Shown: positions 34,324 through 37,520 of the stretch, in pieces
Numbering within the stretch: position 1 is the first letter of the stretch
How the letters are laid out: each line of letters begins with the position of its first letter
Assembly (NCBI GenBank): GCA_964579815.1
Contig: CAZOHP010000003.1
Span: forward strand, 1-37,520
DNA from: an uncultured Lachnospiraceae bacterium
Lineage (GTDB): Bacteria; Bacillota; Clostridia; Oscillospirales; CAG-272
Reading direction: 5' to 3'
DNA: 37,520 bases
Translations under genes and position numbers: made by a program
The notes under the pieces: generated by a model
Told to the model about the DNA's origin: nothing
Database searches by the model: none
The model's input: only the letters and a program-made list of their open reading frames with translations

Positions 34324-36153
34324 TTATTTCTTCTTCTTGCGAACAACCAGAAGAACGACCACGCCGGCGATCACGACAACGGCGACGACAACGATCACAA
34401 TGATCAACGTTGTGTTACCGGACTCGTCATCGGTCTTTGTGTCATCGGCAGGCTTCTTGTCATCATCGGCGGGCTTGTTATCGTCTTCACCGGGCTTCTT
34501 ATCATCCGTACCGGGATCGGTGGGATTTTCGGGCTCAACGGGAGTGTTTTCAAACTCAACGATAGCGGCCTCGGCCGTTTCCAGTTTCTTGAGCATATCG
34601 GCGCTGACGAAACTCTTCTCCAGGTCGGAGAGTTTATCGTAAACGGCTCTTGCGCCTTGAACCTTAATCTTCATCGAGGTGTAGTTATCGGCGGTGATCT
34701 CGGTCAACTGCTCGATACGGTTATCCATCTTAGCAGCTGCTTCCTTAGCGTCGGCCTCAAGGACTGCCTGAGCGTCGGTCAAGCGGAAGTTATCGAACTG
34801 GATAGCGATGGAAGACTCGATTTCGGGGCTCACCATGTAGAAGCCGATGAAATTGATGTTGGAGATATCAAACGCGGCATTGGGATTTGCAGAGGAGAGC
34901 GGCAGAACGATGTGGTTCCAGCCGACAACGAGATCGCTACCCTGATTCTTTGCTTTGATCTGAGCCACGGTCCAGTTGATCTCCTGCTCATCTGCCTTGC
35001 CGGAAGAAGTGATCTCCAGTTGGTTGCTGCCGAGTTGGGCATCGAAGATAGCCAAATCGGAGACGTACATATCGAACTCAAGGGTATCATAACCGGTGCC
35101 GTCTACGGGAGTAGCCAGCGTAAAGCGGTTGATGGTCTGCTCGCCGGGTTTGACGATCAGCAAGAGGCTGGCGAAACCGGCTTTCTTATTTTCCGTATCC
35201 AGCGTGAAATTGGTGCCGGCGGGAACTTCGTTACAGCCGAACAGGGAGATGGAATGATCATCCTTGGCGACTTCCGAAGCATTGACCTTATCCGCATAGA
35301 GTTGATCGGCCTCAGCCTGAGAGGTTACGAAATACAGCGGGCGGGCATTGTTGATGTCGCGGCTGTGGTAACCCTGAGCGGCGCCGTCATTGACGAATGT
35401 CAAGCATTTCTGAGCAAGGCAGGAGCCTTTGCCGTCCGTTACACTTGCTTCACCGAAGTTAATGCAAACGTCCAAGCCCATGCTATCACCGTTCTTCGGG
35501 ATGGAAGAGAGGACTTTCACGAAAGGCAGTTCCACTTCATAGATGACGTGCGAGCCGTCACGGGTGACCTTACAATTGAGGTCGGTCATGCCGTTGTCAC
35601 CGTTCTTGAGCGTCGGGTGCTGCTTATCGGATGTATTCTTGTTCTGGCCGAACGAGGTCTGGAGAGTCTCGTTGCTCTCATTGATGGCCATACCCCAGTC
35701 TACGTTATCGCCCGACTTGAAATCGAACATACCCAACTGCGTGCAGAAAGACATCCACATGCTGCCGGCCGGCAAGCCTGCGGGATAATCCCAGCCGAGG
35801 ATGTTGGTATCGATGCAAACATACAGAGCGCTGTCCGTCCAAACGGCATAGCCCTTGGCATAGTTCTCTTCCACCAAAACCAGCGCGAGGACGTCGTCCT
35901 TATCACCGGTTGCTTTGGTGAAGAACCAGTTTGCGACCGAGGTGTAGTCACCGGCGAAACTGTCGGTACCATCGGAAACAAAGTAGAAGATCGGCTCGCC
36001 GTAGGCTTCGTCCACGGCACCGTCAACGGTGATTGCGCCCTCTTCGACTTTGAGAGCCGCATAGTAGTTCGGGTTGTAGAGTTCTGCGGACGCCGAGACC
36101 GCGAGAACCACAGCCAAAGCCGCAACCAGCAGAACTGTCAAAATTTTTTTCAT
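34324..36153 (-). CDS. Cell-surface protein: signal peptide, CBM9-like and further beta-sandwich domains, helical segment, D/K/P-rich linker, C-terminal TM anchor with a KKKK tail
   Basis: Signal MKKILTVLLVAALAVVLAVSASA. ITVDGAVDEAYG resembles a CBM9/DOMON-type start. The linker reads DDKKPGEDDNKPADDDKKPADD, followed by IIVIVVVAVVVIAGVVVLLVVRKKKK. ATG at 36153 follows GGGGAGGA. Confidence 0.8.
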   Translation of the reverse strand: MKKILTVLLVAALAVVLAVSASAELYNPNYYAALKVEEGAITVDGAVDEAYGEPIFYFVSDGTDSFAGDYTSVANWFFTKATGDKDDVLALVLVEENYAKGYAVWTDSALYVCIDTNILGWDYPAGLPAGSMWMSFCTQLGMFDFKSGDNVDWGMAINESNETLQTSFGQNKNTSDKQHPTLKNGDNGMTDLNCKVTRDGSHVIYEVELPFVKVLSSIPKNGDSMGLDVCINFGEASVTDGKGSCLAQKCLTFVNDGAAQGYHSRDINNARPLYFVTSQAEADQLYADKVNASEVAKDDHSISLFGCNEVPAGTNFTLDTENKKAGFASLLLIVKPGEQTINRFTLATPVDGTGYDTLEFDMYVSDLAIFDAQLGSNQLEITSSGKADEQEINWTVAQIKAKNQGSDLVVGWNHIVLPLSSANPNAAFDISNINFIGFYMVSPEIESSIAIQFDNFRLTDAQAVLEADAKEAAAKMDNRIEQLTEITADNYTSMKIKVQGARAVYDKLSDLEKSFVSADMLKKLETAEAAIVEFENTPVEPENPTDPGTDDKKPGEDDNKPADDDKKPADDTKTDDESGNTTLIIVIVVVAVVVIAGVVVLLVVRKKKK

Positions 36154-36267
36154 GGTTTTTTCCTCCCCAATGAAATATAAAAATTGTACGGCGCGGCCGC
36201 GTGAGCCTCCGGTGAGGGGAGGACGCGCGGCAACACCCACCATGATACTCGTTGTATCACTACTGAC

Positions 36268-36296
36268 ATTATATCACGCGTCTTGATGTTTTGCAA
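36268..36296 (-). promoter_or_regulatory. Sigma-70 promoter for the surface-protein gene
   Basis: On the minus strand: TTGCAA, 17-nt spacer, TGaTATAAT. This gives a leader of about 110 nt. Confidence 0.7.
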
Positions 36297-36450
36297 GAGT
36301 TTTTTTGCACTTTTTTCGGCTGAAAAACAACAATTATCAGTTTTTACAAATTGTTTGTCGCTTTTTTGGTGAGATTGACGAGAGCGGATTGTTTCCTTTT
36401 CGCCGTATTGATGAAGACTATGAGTATTTTTTTGACCTCGATACAGAGGT

Positions 36451-36487
36451 AAAAAGCAAAAATCCCGCACAAAAGTGCAGGATTTTT
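36451..36487 (-). terminator. Intrinsic terminator directly after tRNA-Cys
   Basis: The minus-strand RNA reads AUCCUGCAC-UUUU-GUGCGGGAU followed by UUUUUGCUUUUU. Confidence 0.75.
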
Positions 36488-36561
36488 TGGAGGCGCCACC
36501 CGGAATCGGACCGGGGATGAAGGTTTTGCAGACCTCTGCCTTACCGCTTGGCTATGGCGCC
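36488..36561 (-). tRNA. tRNA-Cys (anticodon GCA), CCA encoded, with an atypical T-loop
   Basis: Reverse complement is GGCGCCATAGCCAAGCGGTAAGGCAGAGGTCTGCAAAACCTTCATCCCCGGTCCGATTCCGGGTGGCGCCTCCA. It has the U73 discriminator and anticodon loop CTGCAAA. The T-loop reads TCCGATT. Confidence 0.9.
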
Positions 36562-36578
36562 TTATTCGGAACGAAAGT

Positions 36579-36607
36579 ATTATACCACAGGATATGCGGT
36601 TTGTCAA
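36579..36607 (-). promoter_or_regulatory. Sigma-70 promoter for tRNA-Cys
   Basis: On the minus strand: TTGACA, 17-nt spacer, TGgTATAAT, about 18 nt upstream of the tRNA 5' end. Confidence 0.8.
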
Positions 36608-36711
36608 TGCTTTTTTCAAAATTCTTTTCGCCGATTTTTTCGGTGCCGAAATTTACCGCGGATGGTTCGGCTCGCGGTTTCCAACACTATAAAAAAACTT
36701 TTGGGGGAAAA

Positions 36712-37389
36712 ATGGAGATAATCAAAGTTATATTGACGGCGCTTTTATCGGTGGCGGCGCTATTTGTCATTACCAAAATCATGGGGCACAAGCAAGTGGC
36801 GCAGTTGGATTTTTTCGACTATGTTTCCGGCATCACGATCGGTTCCATCGGGGCGGAGTTGGCCACGGAGTTGGAAAAGCCCTACAAGCCGCTCATCGCG
36901 CTGGGCGTTTACGGGGTAATTTCACTGCTGCTCAATCTGCTGGTTCGCAAGTGGCCGCGCGCGAGGAAATATATCAACGGCACGCCGACGATTCTGATGG
37001 ACGGCGGCAAATTGTATCGGAAAAATTTGAAGCAAGCCAAACTTGACCTCACCGAGTTCATGTTGCTTTGTCGGGAGCAGGGGTATTTTGATTTGGGCGA
37101 GATACAGACGGCGGTTTTTGAGTACAACGGGAAGTTATCGATTCTTCCCAAAGCGGCGAATCGCCCCGCGACGCCGGATGATCTGAAGATTGCCGTCAAG
37201 GCGACGCACATCGGCACGGAAGTCATTATGGACGGGCGGGTGATCGGGGAAAATCTTTCCCGCGTGGGGCGAGACGAGCATTGGCTGGCCAAGCAATTGA
37301 AATCGCAAGGGTGCAAGGGCGCGAAAGAGATTTTTCTTGCCGTTTACAATGCCGAAGAGGATATGCTGACGCTCTATCCGAACGAATAA
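36712..37389 (+). CDS. DUF421 (YetF-family) membrane protein
   Basis: MEIIKVILTALLSVAALFVITKIMGHKQVAQLDFFDYVSGITIGSI matches the YetF-type N-terminus. The longer ORF from 36475 overlaps tRNA-Cys and its promoter, so I reject it. Confidence 0.85.
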   Translation: MEIIKVILTALLSVAALFVITKIMGHKQVAQLDFFDYVSGITIGSIGAELATELEKPYKPLIALGVYGVISLLLNLLVRKWPRARKYINGTPTILMDGGKLYRKNLKQAKLDLTEFMLLCREQGYFDLGEIQTAVFEYNGKLSILPKAANRPATPDDLKIAVKATHIGTEVIMDGRVIGENLSRVGRDEHWLAKQLKSQGCKGAKEIFLAVYNAEEDMLTLYPNE

Positions 37390-37414
37390 GCGATTGGCAC
37401 ATGGCGGGACGAAA

Positions 37415-37446
37415 ACAAAAAAGCCTTGTGAAACAAGGCTTTTTTC
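37415..37446. terminator. Bidirectional intrinsic terminator
   Basis: AAAAAAGCCTTGT-GAA-ACAAGGCTTTTTT. Confidence 0.9.
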
Positions 37447-37473
37447 ATAGGTTATATTCTTGACCTATGAATA

Positions 37474-37520
37474 TGGAGCGGATTACGGGGCTCGAACCCG
37501 CCACCTTCGCCTTGGCAAGG
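37474..37520 (-). tRNA. tRNA-Gly (anticodon GCC), 3' portion only; the 5' part lies beyond the window
   Basis: Reverse complement is CCTTGCCAAGGCGAAGGTGGCGGGTTCGAGCCCCGTAATCCGCTCCA. It shows the anticodon loop with GCC, a T-arm, an acceptor 3' strand and CCA. Confidence 0.85.

Noticed and set aside
34380-34520. Repetitive GAC/GAT/AAG-rich DNA, considered as a possible repeat element or CRISPR-like array.
   Set aside because: It is the coding sequence of the D/K/P-rich linker (DDKKPGEDDNKPADDDKKPADD) and the poly-Val/Ile anchor of the surface protein. There is no spacer-repeat structure.
36475-36711. N-terminal extension of the DUF421 ORF, and the ORF at 5125-5334.
   Set aside because: Both overlap tRNA genes (Cys and Thr) and their promoters. 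The DUF421 family N-terminus starts at the ATG at 36712.
1-37520. Mobile elements, integrases, toxin-antitoxin pairs, CRISPR-Cas, retron or DGR components.
   Set aside because: No transposase, integrase or reverse-transcriptase motif, direct-repeat array or terminal inverted repeat was visible in any frame. The only phage-like genes are those at 31570-34198.

Overview
This is a chromosomal segment from a fairly high-GC Firmicute, Clostridia-like judging by gene content, promoters and ribosome-binding sites (RBS). All family calls come from motifs read by eye; no homology search was run.

Most of the window is housekeeping. It holds a PLP-enzyme fragment, nifS-like cysteine desulfurase, azlCD, rsmA, an SbcD/SbcC-like pair, a THUMP methyltransferase, the origin-proximal cluster rpmH-rnpA-yidD-yidC-jag-mnmE, ruvX, ddl and prmC. 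There are three tRNAs: Thr-CGU, Cys-GCA and a partial Gly-GCC.

Accessory genes are interspersed:
- two BspA-type leucine-rich-repeat (LRR) proteins and one CBM-like surface protein;
- a fusion of a formylglycine-generating-enzyme (FGE/SUMF1) domain to a glycoside-hydrolase-like domain;
- an Fe-S aldo/keto reductase;
- a large cytoplasmic glycoside hydrolase next to a metallophosphoesterase;
- an orphan transketolase N-terminal subunit.

The most unusual locus is 31.5-34.2 kb. An autocleavable XRE-HTH/S24 (CI/LexA-like) repressor is transcribed divergently from a consensus promoter whose spacer is filled by a 19-bp operator. The region holds two full operator copies and one partial copy. That promoter drives a phage-tail-fibre-like protein with two putative carbohydrate-binding repeats, followed by a holin-like two-TM ORF that has no canonical start codon. 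No other phage gene lies within at least 5 kb on the repressor side or 3 kb on the other. I read this either as a domesticated DNA-damage-gated release cassette or as a minimal prophage remnant.

I found no CRISPR array, transposase, integrase or rRNA. Many near-consensus sigma-70 promoters (17-bp spacer, often with TGn) and intrinsic terminators can be read directly and define the transcription units.
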